From: Oikopleura dioica | Lineage: Eukaryota; Animalia; Chordata | NCBI GenBank assembly: GCA_907165135.1 | Contig: OU015569.1 | Location: 7,254,001 to 7,318,000 of the forward strand | Direction: 5' to 3' | Length of the DNA stretch: 64,000 bases | Shown: positions 24,917 to 37,079 of the stretch, one piece after another | Position numbering within the stretch: the first letter of the stretch is position 1 | How the letters are laid out: each line of letters opens with the position of its first letter | Notes under the pieces: model-generated | Seen by the model: the letters and a program-made list of their open reading frames with translations, nothing else | The model's database searches: none | Told to the model about the DNA's origin: nothing | Position numbers and translations under genes: made by a program

Positions 24917-26988
24917 GTGAGAAAGGCAAAGCGTCAACGCAGTGCCGAGCGTTTGATTTTAGAAGAAAAGTCTTCAAGAGGACGATCGAAGTCAAGAGCA
25001 AGATCTGAATCTCGCGGTCGCTCCAAATCGCGCGGTCGTTCCAGATCGAGTTCACCTGGCAAATCAAGGGGTCGTTCAAAGTCGCGACGACGATCGAGAT
25101 CGAGTTCAAGAGGACGGTCCAAATCGAGAGGCAGATCAAAATCCAGGCGGAGGAGGTCTACGTCTTCGGACTCCAGCGCTTCTTCGTCTACGAGTTCTTC
25201 TTCCTCAGACTGCTATCGCAAACATAAGAAGTCTAAATCGCGAAAACATCGCAGTCTCTCTTCCGAGAGATCGAAGAAAAAGAAGCGTTCCAAAAGCGCA
25301 AAACGCCGAAATCGATCTGTAGACTCGTCTCGTAGATCTTATAGCCCTGGAAGATCAAGACATTCGAAGCATTATCGGTATATATTAAATACAGCCAGTA
25401 CTTCGTTATAACGCGAATTCAAGGTCGGATAGAAAGTCGAAGTATGAACCGTCGATTGCGTCGAGTTATATGCCGGGTTACAGCCAGTCTCATTACAAAG
25501 GTAGAGTCGCTCAGGAATATCTTTATCGGAGAGAAATGGCAAGCCAATCACACTCCGATACAAACTCCGTCATCCAGTCCCAAAGAGTTCGATTCATGGA
25601 CCTTCAAGGTATCCACTTTTCGGTGTGACTGTTCATCTTCGTGTGTGTCTTTTTATGCTCATCTTGCAGATATTTTCGAAATTTCTGTAGGAAGGTGTTG
25701 TACCGGTGTGATTGGTTTATGCCATTTGAACTCACTTCTTTCCGAAAATGGAAACGTGTGACCATTTGCTCTTCAGAAGCACTACGGAGTGGAATGGCTG
25801 TTCAAATGGTGAAAACTAAACCTCGAGGTTGGGTTGGTGACGCGCGTCGACGGCATCACAGGAAACACGTGACATGGAAAATAGAAGTCGTGAGATATCA
25901 AAAATTAAGAACATAATCTCCAATTTTTCTCTCGAAATTCTCCAGAGAAAGTTATTGTAAAAGCGAATTCAGTCGCCTTCTATCGAAGATTAATCAATTC
26001 AAATTAATTCCCTTTGTTCTTTTTTACATAACGAAAAATTATGCCACTTAAAGAAATTTGTGACACATACATCTCCCGTGTCGAATTCTTGAATAATTAA
26101 ATGCGAAAAAGACAATCTTATACTTGGAATATGTTTTGTCACTGATGGACTGAATTAAAGTTATAAGCATGAGAAAAAAATACTCACAGAAATATTCTCG
26201 CTAACCTGTTTGTCACCTGTAACCACAGTCCAACTACGGACGAGCATGGTCCCGCGTCCGCGTACGGGTCTACCAGTGACTGGGTGCAAGATCAAACTCG
26301 CTACCGTGTAAATGTAATCGCTCATGTACTAGCATATCTAATATGCCATATTTTCTTCTCTCAGCAATGGCTGCTAATCTAACACTTAATCTAGAATCCT
26401 CACGGCGGAAAGGGTGGACGCCCAATTCAACATCAGCCCATCGGTCGGTCACATGGGCCGCACCCGGGCTTCATGGGGCCGGGACCACGAGGACCATACC
26501 CGCCGAGGCCAATGGGGCCTCCGCACGGACCAAATCCTTACCCACCAAAGTAAGTCGCCTAGAGTCAGCTTTATCTCATTTTTTCCTTGAAGAAATTTGA
26601 ATACTTCATGTAAAAGACCGGTCACGTTAGATCTTGTGGAGGTCTGACGCTTGACATCGGTAAGAACTAAACTGTAGACGAATACTCTCGTGGTGGTTAT
26701 TTTAATTTAACGGTGATCAACGTGTTTGTGCCTAGGTGCTATTTTGATTACCTCTTAAATCTAAAACTCCTATATTCTTGAGTATCCAAAAATTAAAGGT
26801 TTTTTTTAGCCCAGCGTACGCACCCCAAAATGTAAGTCTTGCCTTTATTCTATCAACCAACTTAAAAATATACTCGTTATATTTCTTCGATTTCAATATT
26901 TTTCTAGCCCGCGATGATGGGGCCACGAATAAATCGAAAAAGCGAATTAGCTGCGTATTATAAACCTCAACGACATCCTTATAGATAG
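24917..26988 (+). CDS. RS-domain protein with a Pro/Gly-rich C-terminus (splicing-factor-like composition)
   Basis: RS-rich ORF at 24917-25411, then a GPHPGFMGPGPRGPYPPRPMGPP exon, a 22-nt in-frame exon at 26810-26831, and a last exon PAMMGPR...YR*. Confidence 0.55.
24975..25160 (+). repeat. Coding tandem repeat SRGRSKSR(G/R)RSRS, about 4 units
   Basis: Visible in the ORF 24917-25411 translation; codons have diverged between units. Confidence 0.7.
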
Positions 26989-27367
26989 TTCTAAATTGCT
27001 CAAAACGCAATCTGCCAAAAGAAAAACTATCAACTACTCCTTTCCATTCGTTCTATCCTTTTAACTTATGAACAACTTATGGCTCATTCTTTCTAGAATA
27101 TTCATTCAATTTTTCTGTAAATTGCCGATTTCGAATCTTATCTATTCAATCAAGCTCAATACTTTTCTTTATTTTCCATTCTGTCTACCAACATTCCATT
27201 TCAACCTCTGTTCAGCAAATAAACCTTAAACTGTCCGAGATACAGTCCTAATAACTCCTTCTTCTCATTCTTCGAGTAACAGTGCTAGAAGAATAGAAAT
27301 GTATTTTCCCTTCCTAGTTTCATAACGAATGATCGTATTCCAAAGCATTCTGATCTTGAACCTTCAG

Positions 27368-28397
27368 ATGACTGAACAGTACGTCTGTCCTGAGAGTGGA
27401 GAATCTTTCTGTCAGGGTAAGATAAAAGATCATCCGCTTGGAGAATATTTCATTTGTCTTTGGCTTTAAAATTTCTAATTGGCGGTTCTACCCGGATTCT
27501 TCGTTTTCACGTGAATATAGGCGCCGAGGCACGTCTATATCTGACAAAAATAAACGGAAATGAGGTCATTTGCAAGGAGAGGTTCTCAAAGAAATATCGG
27601 GTTGCCGAGTTGGACAAGCACATCCGCCAGACCAATGTAAAAAATGAAGTCAGGGAATCGGCTTTTGAGAGAATTGAAGCAGGCTATTTGTCGTTGAGTG
27701 TAAAAGCCAAATCAAGAGCATTGAAAAAATGCGCCCAAAAGAATATCCCTGCCCCTCGTCTCCTCCATTTCGATCTTGAGAGTTGTTGCGTTTTCATGAG
27801 CAAAGTCAAAGGCATCGCCGTTAAAAATTTCATTGACAAAGGTTCGATTATTGCGAATGTTCCGAAATCTCCATTGATTAGTATACGATGCTGACGGAAA
27901 TGTTGGAGCTCAAATTGGCGCTTTGGTTGCTGCCATTCATTTAGCAGGCTTTGTTCACGGGAAAGGCTGCCACCAGCAATCTCATTTTTACTTTAAATTT
28001 TAGCGTCTAAAAGCAGGTCAAGCCAGTCAAAGTGACCTTACAACTTCTAATTTCATAATTAACCCGGAAGCAGAGGCTGGTTCGAATTCAAGAGTGTCAG
28101 TTATTGATTTCGGATTGTCGAGCACAACTTCGACTGAAGAAAACCGAGCAGTAGACTTGCACGTTTTGGAAAAGGTCAGTTATTAGGGCGCCTAGTTTTG
28201 GGAAAGAGGCAAGCTGTATCAATATTTAGGCAATGGAAAGTGCTCATCCTAAGCGAGATGGACTGACGACAGGATTTTTAACAGGATACCGGGAGAAAAT
28301 TCGAGAAGGAAAAAATGGCGTAGAGTTGGAACGAAAGATTTTTCAAAGACTAGAAGTGGTGCGAGCGAGAGGAAGAAAGAGATCGATGGTTGGCTAG
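27368..28397 (+). CDS. TP53RK: TP53RK/Bud32 KEOPS kinase
   Basis: QGAEARLY, KERFSKKYR, HGDLTTSN (across a GA-AG intron), IDFGLS, AVDLHVLEK, VRARGRKRSMVG*. Confidence 0.95.
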
Positions 28398-28501
28398 TAA
28401 CACGTGTCTGTTTTTACTGAAGGATACTCCCTTGAGAATAAATAGAAGAAGTTCTATAACTAAACTTTTCACGTGGTGTATATTTTAGATATTATCGAAA
28501 A

Positions 28502-30645
28502 ATGAGTCTCGTTAAAACCGGGGCAGAAAGTCGTATAATACCGGAAGCCCATTCATCTGTTGCGGATTCGCATATTATTAGCTATAGAAAAATAGGTATA
28601 ACATGTAGTGAAGCTTGATAGATATATTTCGTATTTAGTTACGCATCTGATCGAAAATAAACAGCTACCGGATAATGGATTACCGGAGGCCCAAATCAGG
28701 CATTTAATCTCTGAACTCGCGCTTTCTGACAGGAATAAAGGGTCAGAAGATTTGAAGTAGATTGCTTATTTGGAAATATAATTTTCTTGCTGGTCTTTAG
28801 CTTTTGACCTTTTTGAAGTAATAACTTCTCGGGCAAAGTAGGAGCTGGTGAACGAGAAGGAAGAGTTTTTAGCCGTATGGTATCAGGAATGGTATAAACA
28901 AACAGATGGAACGATCGCTAAACGAGTGTTTCTCGGAATCGACAGCTGTATCTATCCTAAGAACGACATTTCAACTTGACACATGGAATCGGGCGCAGTG
29001 GTAATATCCGGGATCCTCAGCCAAAAGCAGCGGGAAGCTCCATAATTTGCCAGGTGACAGACGAACTCGCGCTAGACGCTACTAGAGCAGTTGGAATCAA
29101 GGAAAAGGTCTAAGAAGACTTAACAATATCAAAAATTCATGTAAGTTGCTATGTCGAAGATACATTCTCAGACTTTGCGAAGGGATTAAAATCTGGTCTT
29201 GTGCTTCCGATGGCTACAGGGATGGCTCTTAGAGAGTGCTTCATTGGTAATTAAAAGACTGAACATAGAAATTTCGATTGAGAATTTATTTAGCTCTTTT
29301 ACATTCTCGTCCGACAGCGAAGCATGTGATTTGGCCGAGAATAGATCAGAAATCCTGTTTGAAATCAATGTTGTCGTTGAATTTAATTGTCCATCCCATC
29401 GAACCCCTCATGGTTAACTATCAGTTGGAAACAAATTTGAAAGCAATCGAAGAGAAGATCGAATCTCTTGGGGCCGAAAACATTTTATGCATCCATTCTA
29501 CCATCTCCTGCTTTGCGCCAAGACGTCCTGACAAAATTCCTAGTATTGGGAAATTAGCAAAAAAATTTGAAATTCCACATATAGTTAACGGTGCTTACTT
29601 TCTAACGGAACGTACGGAAATCTGCTACAGCTGGCGAATATATTTTTTCCAGGCAAGCTTGAGACTTCCGCAAAGATAAAAAAAGCGAGGCATTTGGTTC
29701 ATGAGTGCGCAACATCCCAAAATAAGGCAAGGATCGACGCGGTCGTATGCTCCACGGATAAAAATTTCCTCACTCCAGTTGGTGGATCAATCATTCTTTC
29801 CCCTCACAAGGTATTTCCCATTCGGAGGCAAGTTTACCGAGCCTTCTCTAAATTATTCCATGGCTACGAGACACAGATATTGTAGTCCATTCGAATTTTC
29901 TAGCATTATATTATATAAAATAATATAAAATAATTGAGGACGAAGATGCTATCACCAAGAGGGTTGCCAAGAATTATCCAGGCAGAGCATGCATGAGTCC
30001 GATATTAGACCTATTTATAACACTTCTCGAGATGGGGAGATCTGGGCAAGGTTGAAACTCAAAAAATTAATCCTGCATTCTTCCTGTTGCAAATTTTAAT
30101 GCACTTGGATTATTTTTCAATATTTTCAACCCATGTAGATACCAACGACTTATCAAGGAACAAGAAGAGAACTTCTCCTATCTTGTTTCAGAATTGAAAA
30201 GTTTTGGCGAAGAAAGAAGCATGGAAATTCTCGGATACAACGGAGTGTCAGTTGCGCTCTCATTAAAACGGTTCATTCGTGATGAAGATGCCGGAAACAG
30301 GCAATTGATTGATTTGGGGTCTAGACTGTTTAGACGGAACATATCCGGTCCCAGGTGAGCTCATATTTTCACATCCGTTTGACCGCAGGTTATCTGTGGG
30401 CAAGCGTGTCTAGACTTCAATTTAGGATTTTATAAAACTTATCGAGCCTTTGTAGAGTTGTTCCTTGTGATGGAATCAATAAGAGTATAAATGGTTTGAC
30501 GTTCAAGAATTATGGAAGCTCTCATGACGCATTTCCGCATCCCTATTTAGCTCTCGCATCTGCCATTGGAATGGAAAGAAGAGAGATTGATATTCTTCGA
30601 AAAAAACTAGCTGATGTTATTGACACTGCGATTAAGAATCAATAA
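28502..30645 (+). CDS. SEPSECS: O-phosphoseryl-tRNA(Sec) selenium transferase
   Basis: DSNNFSGKVGAGEREGRV, HGIGRSG, QPKAAGSS, STISCFAPR, STDKNFLTPVGG, YPGRA, AIGM. Confidence 0.96.
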
Positions 30646-30943
30646 AAATTAATAATCAAAAATACTTATTTCGAGTCTTATTATTTATCAGGGATAAATT
30701 ATCACGAATTAGAGGGGCTTATTGAGTTAAAACTGTGTTAGGCTTTTCGAAAAAAAATTAGAAGTGTCTAATTTAGCTATTGCCTTTTGTGACATAATTA
30801 GTGACATATTTAATTTTTGGCCACGTTTTGGAATTCAAATCGTTGACATCTCATTTCCATAATTATATAAAAGCGAAGCTCCTAATCATCCCACGGATAT
30901 CTTATAATTTCCTCCAGTTTTCTGAGATTAAAAAGGCAAAACA

Positions 30944-31920
30944 ATGAAGGTCACAGTTGCTATCCTTTCCTTGGCTCTGGCTCAAGAAGGTAATCCTCCT
31001 AAACAAACGAGAGATTACTTGTTGCACAAAAGAGATAAGAGTTGCATCCAAATTAATTTGTAAATTCAGTTGACGAGGCACAAGTTCTTCTCAGTCCCCG
31101 ACAACTTTCTCTTGGACCAGGCCTTGGTGGTCGTAGATACGACCAGTTTGAGTCTATGGCGAAGCTCTTCGACCCTGACTTTGACAAAAAGGTACCGAAT
31201 GCATTTTTATTCAGTCGTAGCATTTTTATTTTCAAGAGCATCACGGATTATGGATGCAATTGTCCTGAACTCGGAGATCGTCCTCTATCTGATCCTGGCA
31301 AAGGACAGCCTGTCGATGAGCTGGACACTGTGTGCCAGAAATTCAAGCAGTGCGCGAAATGTGCAAAAGAAGAGTTCGGTGAAAGTTGCATTTCCGAAAT
31401 GGTGAGTTCAGTCTCCTTCATTAGTCGTCACTTGTTGATTAAGATCCGATATGGACTTCGAGGAAGGAAATGTACCGACGCCGCTGGAACCTGTGCCAGA
31501 GCTCTTTGTGAATGCGATCTTTCCTTTGCAGAAGCTCTCTCTTTTGTTGACAAGGTCGGTTGATCTTTTATTGGCGCTTTTGGAGTCGCTTTTTAGGAAA
31601 CAAACCAAGATCAATATGGCTTCGTTTCTGACTTCAACAGCGACGAGCAGTGCGTTAGACAAGCTTCCGGAGGAGGAGAAAAGGCGTGTTGCTGGAACGG
31701 TGAATCTGCCTTCAAGCTTTACAACATTGGTTCGTAACAAATTCGACACATGGGACTGATCATTTCTGATCAAAAATTATTACGGGGCCTGTTGTAATCT
31801 TCCTCGCGAAAAATTATTCTTTCAGACTCGAAGCAGTGCTGTCCTAATGGAATCCCGAAGCCATTCGGACGTTCCTGCGATGATCCAGATGCGGGCAATG
31901 GTGGCACAATGCCTTACTAA
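30944..31920 (+). CDS. Secreted phospholipase-A2-like protein lacking catalytic His/Asp
   Basis: Signal peptide MKVTVAILSLALAQ; YGCNC...GKGQPVDELDTVCQKFKQCAKC; CARALCECDLSFA. Confidence 0.85.
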
Positions 31921-32012
31921 TTTTCTACAACCTTTTTCACCTTTTCTTTCTTCTTTCATACCCTTTACAGACATGAATAAATTGATTTATATCTTACGTT
32001 TGAATTCTTAGA

Positions 32013-33327
32013 ATGGAAGAATTCTTTGAATCAAAAGGCCTCAGGAAAGTTTCTTGCAATTAACAACGAGCAAAGGTTGTGAAGTTTGATTTATTCTTTG
32101 CAAACTTAAAAAGACTGTACACTTTTGATACGCAGAATTATGATGATCTTGTGGAAGATCGATTCAAGATGAGTTCAATTTCAAGTTTTACCCGATAATT
32201 GTTTCAAATACTGAACTTTTTTGATAGCTGAATCGAGGGCATACACTGGGATATTTGGTTATCTCAAAGCCAGACTATTTCGAGAAGTCCATTCTCCCAA
32301 AGATATTAAATTCGGAAGAAGCTATTGCAAATCCGATTGACGTTGTGACGAAGGAAATCCTTCGCGAGTCTCCACTAATGGTCTCTGAAATCGCTCAAGA
32401 AAATGTTTAATTATCCTTTATCTACATTATACAGTATTAGTTATACTATCTGAGCTCAGAAAATTAATCCGATAAAAGATGTTATTCATGATTACACGAT
32501 GCTTCCTAATCGCCAACCTAAAATTCTTATGCAAACTGTAATGCACATTAGCGGATGTGCATATCTTTACCAAAAGGTAAGTGAATTTATAGCAATGATC
32601 CACAATAGAATCTGAATTCCCACAGTCTATGTTGGATATCATATGATATTTCAAAAACTGACAAATTTAGTCAACGAGAATGTAACTCAGATTCACTTTC
32701 TGACATAATTCGAGACAACTCCTCCATGTTTGTAACATCTTCCTCTAGTCAGATGTGGCGGATATCCAAGGAAGCGTTGAGAATATCAAATATACAGGAA
32801 TATAAAGATGGATGCTTTTTTGAATATATCTTCAATAATTCGAAAGCGCTCAACGAACGGCTCCCTGATAATTTGAAAAACGAACGACTTCTTGGGGTAT
32901 GCCTTCATAAAAACTTTGGTGGATACTTTTCCGGTAAATTACTTGCTTTTAAATCATCTTTTTATTCTCAAGCTCGAACCGTTGTGCTGACTGATACTCA
33001 AATAGACGAAAATGAATGGCGGATTATTGAACCTGTGTCTTTATGAAAGGCGTTGAATTGGCTAATGTATTGTAAAAAAGTATTGTATAAAAAATTCAAA
33101 GTAAAAAATCAAGAGGAAATCATTGACCTTTTGGTGGAAATGAACACAAATTGGGCGGAAGGAAAATGGAGAGACTTTGGAGAACCCTCAATTAAATATT
33201 CAGAAACTGTTAAAAACATGCCAGCTAATCCGTATAATTAAAGTATATTTAGGCGAAACGATACTTCGATGCGGCACCAAAAGATAGACAGAAGGTTATT
33301 GAAGAATTACGAAAGAATTCCCGATAA
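32013..33327 (+). CDS. MMACHC: Cobalamin-processing enzyme CblC
   Basis: IHDYTMLPNRQPKILMQTVMHISGCAYLYQK, LGVCLHKNFGGYF, NWAEGKWRD...YSE...YFDAAPKDR match MMACHC motifs. Confidence 0.9.
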
Positions 33328-33832
33328 GCATATGAAGAATATTCTGTTATCCTTTTTGAATTGCATTTCTTATTTATTATTTGTGCTAGTTGTGAAATAT
33401 GAGTCCATTCATGTGTATTTCAACAGTAAATCATGCTCCTCAAACGAACCAGAGGAGCGCTTTCATGGAGAAGAAAATGTCAATTTTATGCATTAAATAT
33501 GAAGCATCAGTCATAATTAAAATTGAGTGACAGTATGTTTTTATATACCCGTGTCAATCGGGGACGCTATATTAATCTCCGTCAGGGCAGGCTTTTCCTT
33601 GATGAAGATATCTAGTCGTTATTTCTTTGATTGAAATAATCTTGAAAACTTGAAACACATTTTTTACCACGGGAGGGCGATGTACTCACGGCGCCCTCTA
33701 ATAAATGTCCATGCTGCGGAATTACTATTTCATACTATACCTTCATTGAAAGCACTGACCAAGAGCATATAAACAAGGCTTGTCTCATTGATGCCATTCA
33801 GCATTTGTGTAGCCAGCGGAAAAAATCAAACG

Positions 33833-34261
33833 ATGGCAAGACTTTCTGTCGCCTTGATGCTAGCACCATTGGCCTTCGCGTCCTTTTCATGCACAAAGAA
33901 AATGTGCCACATGTGCCAGCAGCATGTGACCAAAGATAGACTATATATTCCTGCTTGCGCGAAATTGTACCAAAAAGGCTGCTGCGAAATTTATGTAAAA
34001 GGAAAACATGGTCTGACTGAGTCTACAAACCTTGTTATGCCTAGCATAAATAAAGAAACCATCGTTCCAGAACGATCCAGTTTCTCATGGAAAGTCCTTT
34101 CCCTTTTCACGATTGCATTCGTCGCCATTGTGGCCGGCATAATCCAACTCGAATCCTTCATCAAGAAAATTGTCAAGAAAGAAAACAATACAATTCCAGC
34201 TCTGCAAAAATACGAAAATAGACAATTTAACGCTGCTCTAAGCACTGTCAGTCCGAAATAA
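33833..34261 (+). CDS. Intronless small type-I membrane protein with a Cys-rich ectodomain
   Basis: Signal peptide MARLSVALMLAPLAFA; CxxxxCxxC...C...CC; TM segment VLSLFTIAFVAIVAGII; basic tail. Confidence 0.65.
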   Translation: MARLSVALMLAPLAFASFSCTKKMCHMCQQHVTKDRLYIPACAKLYQKGCCEIYVKGKHGLTESTNLVMPSINKETIVPERSSFSWKVLSLFTIAFVAIVAGIIQLESFIKKIVKKENNTIPALQKYENRQFNAALSTVSPK

Positions 34262-34849
34262 AAAGTCTAAATTGAACAACCGCTGAACCTTTTTTTCACA
34301 AACAAGATTTTTCCCGGCTGAATCCATTAGCAGATATTATCATTTTCAATATTGTATGGCCGTGATTGTGGCAAATTGCATCTACGATGAAGCAGTGTTC
34401 TACGCCAAAATGACAGTCTATCAATATATTATTCAAGTAAACGGATTTACACATAGTGTCACGTGAATCCACGTTTTAGCAGAATAAGTTGTCATTAACA
34501 AACCTGCAGATGAAGAAAAAGTATTCAAAATCTAAATGACGGTCGTTTCAACTAACTTTTTCTTAGAACATATAGATACAATATGGCGAAACAAATTGTT
34601 CTGATAGATCTCCATACAGATATGTATAACGGTTTATGAATAATAAACGCACATCAGCTGCCCCTGGTGGCGGTGCGGCGGGCGACTTGCCGTGAGCGTG
34701 TGAACCGCTTCACACCGAAAAACGGTCACGGTCCCTGTTTTTTATCTCGCCAATGTGGCAAAATAGAAGGGATTTCGACTCATCATTCTTCTTCAAATGT
34801 CCGAGAATTAGAGAAAAGTGAAGACGGAATCAGAGAATTTAAAGCGATT

Positions 34850-36945
34850 ATGAAATATGAGTTGGCCGTCACTTGGCAGGTGCCATCAACAAGACCAAAG
34901 GAAGAGTTTAAAAGAATATTCTAAATACCATATAATTGTGTAAATGGTACTATCTTTTGAATTCATGAACAGCCACTAATAGCAGTAGAGCTAGCTATTT
35001 ATTTTTTCGTTTTCTGCACCGGCATAATCTTGAATATTTCTGTGTTGCGAGTCATAAACAGGCTCAGGACAAGGGTAAGTTATATTATCATTCTTACTTA
35101 GATAATTATTCATTTTGGATCCTACTTAGAAGGCGCCTCATTTCCTTTCCAACTTTGAGCGATCAACCTAGCTACAGTAGGATCTAAGTTGGACGGTTTA
35201 ACCTCAGAAATAGACACGAACAGATCAATAAAAGTATATTCATTAGTCTGTCTCTTCCGTATTTATTCGTCATCTGGCCATCGCTGATCTGCTGCAGTGT
35301 GTGTTCGGGCTTTTTCCGATTATATTGGGAGATTTATTGCGCATAGTGGGCCCGGGCAGCTGGATTATACCCAGAGCCGCTTGTCTAATCGTGGCCTTTC
35401 TCTCGCAAACATCGAAATCTACCTCATTTTTCGTCACTTCCGTCATCTCACTCGACAGAATGATCATCATCAGAAGGCCTTTCGGGAAACGGTAGTCTTC
35501 TATTGACAATATTCGTGATTTTAACACGATTAAGATGCAAGCGATCGAATGCGTTCATGGCTACTCTATTCCTCATGTTCGCAGCTCAAATCGTCATGGT
35601 TCCTCCTCTGTTCGGGATTTCTGGTTTCAGGGAGAGTTTCTACGTTAACACCTGCACAATGGATTACTGCAACAAAGGGGCCGAAACGATCTACTTGAAA
35701 ACAGCAATTTTATTTACTTACTTTGCCAGCTTTGGTAAGGAACGAGACTGAGAACTAGAAATTTTACTATTTTGTAGGAACCTCTTTATTTTGCTACTAC
35801 AAAGTTTATCAAGTGACAATTCGCCAAAGTAAGAAGAAACGAGCTTTAAACAGTTCATCCCTTCGCCTCCATGAAGATGAACTCACTTCAACACCAACAC
35901 CAGAACTTGGTATAAATGCACACTCAAATGGGATCGGCTCTCAAAGAAATGTTAAATCGTCTACGCAAGGAACTGTGAGACGCACACCTAGGGAGAGAAA
36001 AAGGGCCAACAAAAATAGCCTGAATATGAAAGGAGGGAGAGGAGGTTCAGGCATGGTTCAAATTCTCTCTCAAAAAAGGCTAATTTCTTGCCATAAACGA
36101 GCGAAAAATGAACCTGGTAAGGTTCTTCAGCCCCGTCGCGTTCAGCGTCTATGAGGTCACTTGCGAGCTTGAGTTCCCTATGGACTGGACAAACTTTAGA
36201 CATTCGAAGGTATTTGATACCAGTGTCACATTAACTGTAACAGATTATTAGAACAAGAAAAACAATTATGATCACAATCATGACTGCGATGCTTCCTCTA
36301 CCCTTGAACATTTGGGGATTCTTCGCTTCATTTTTTCCAGCTTGTGGTGAAATGACGCATCCGCCATTACTTCTTCTTGCGAATTTTGTGGTCATATTCA
36401 ACCCATTGGTGTATGGATTTCTTAATCACGCGCTACGTAAAAAGCTTCTCCAATTATGGGTCTTTAGATGCTTCGGTATGTAAAATATAATATTGTGTCT
36501 GGCGGGTGATAGACTCGTGGTCTTTCCATGTGTTCCCCGAAATTCACGCATGAATTCAATTTGCCATCTTTTCAAGGTCGGCTACTAAAAGGATATGACG
36601 TTCGGAAACATTTGTCTTTCATGTAGACGTCTATCTCAGTTCTTAGCTTTGGATCGATTAACAATGACTATCTCTAACAACGATATTTTAGTGAGCAATC
36701 AAGTAGGAACAGTAGTGGAAAGCACAGTCGTCAGAACACCTGTTCGATCGCGTCACAAATCGGAATGCGATGCATCAAAAGAGGTGCCAGCTCCACCACA
36801 TCGAGGGTTATCACGACGGAGAACATCTTCTGATAGCGGCGCACTTCTTTCCAAATCGAACTTAGAAACGACAGGCAGTGTAGACGATGATATCGATGTA
36901 TTTAGTCCAGACAACTGTAAAAACTGTAATGATGCTATTTATTAA
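34850..36945 (+). CDS. Class A (rhodopsin-like) GPCR, opsin-like but without the TM7 Lys
   Basis: LAIADLL (TM2), SLDR (TM3), PPLFG...CTMDY (ECL2), NPLVY (TM7). The C-tail exon at ~36649-36945 joins in frame. Start uncertain. Confidence 0.85.
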
Positions 36946-37079
36946 TAAAGATTTGTAAAGAGATACTCGATACTTGCAGATGAAAACAAGGAAGACTAAG
37001 GATTCAGCTGTTGAACTGTGGTGTTTATTGAAGCGCATGAAGAAATGTCAAAAAAATGAAAGTACCTAAGACCTCAGCG

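Noticed and set aside
33420-33475. ATGA...GCTCCTC/GAGGAGC...TGAT hairpin (minus strand) resembling a SECIS
   Set aside because: There is no apical AA, the spacing is wrong, and there is no upstream minus-strand UGA-containing CDS.
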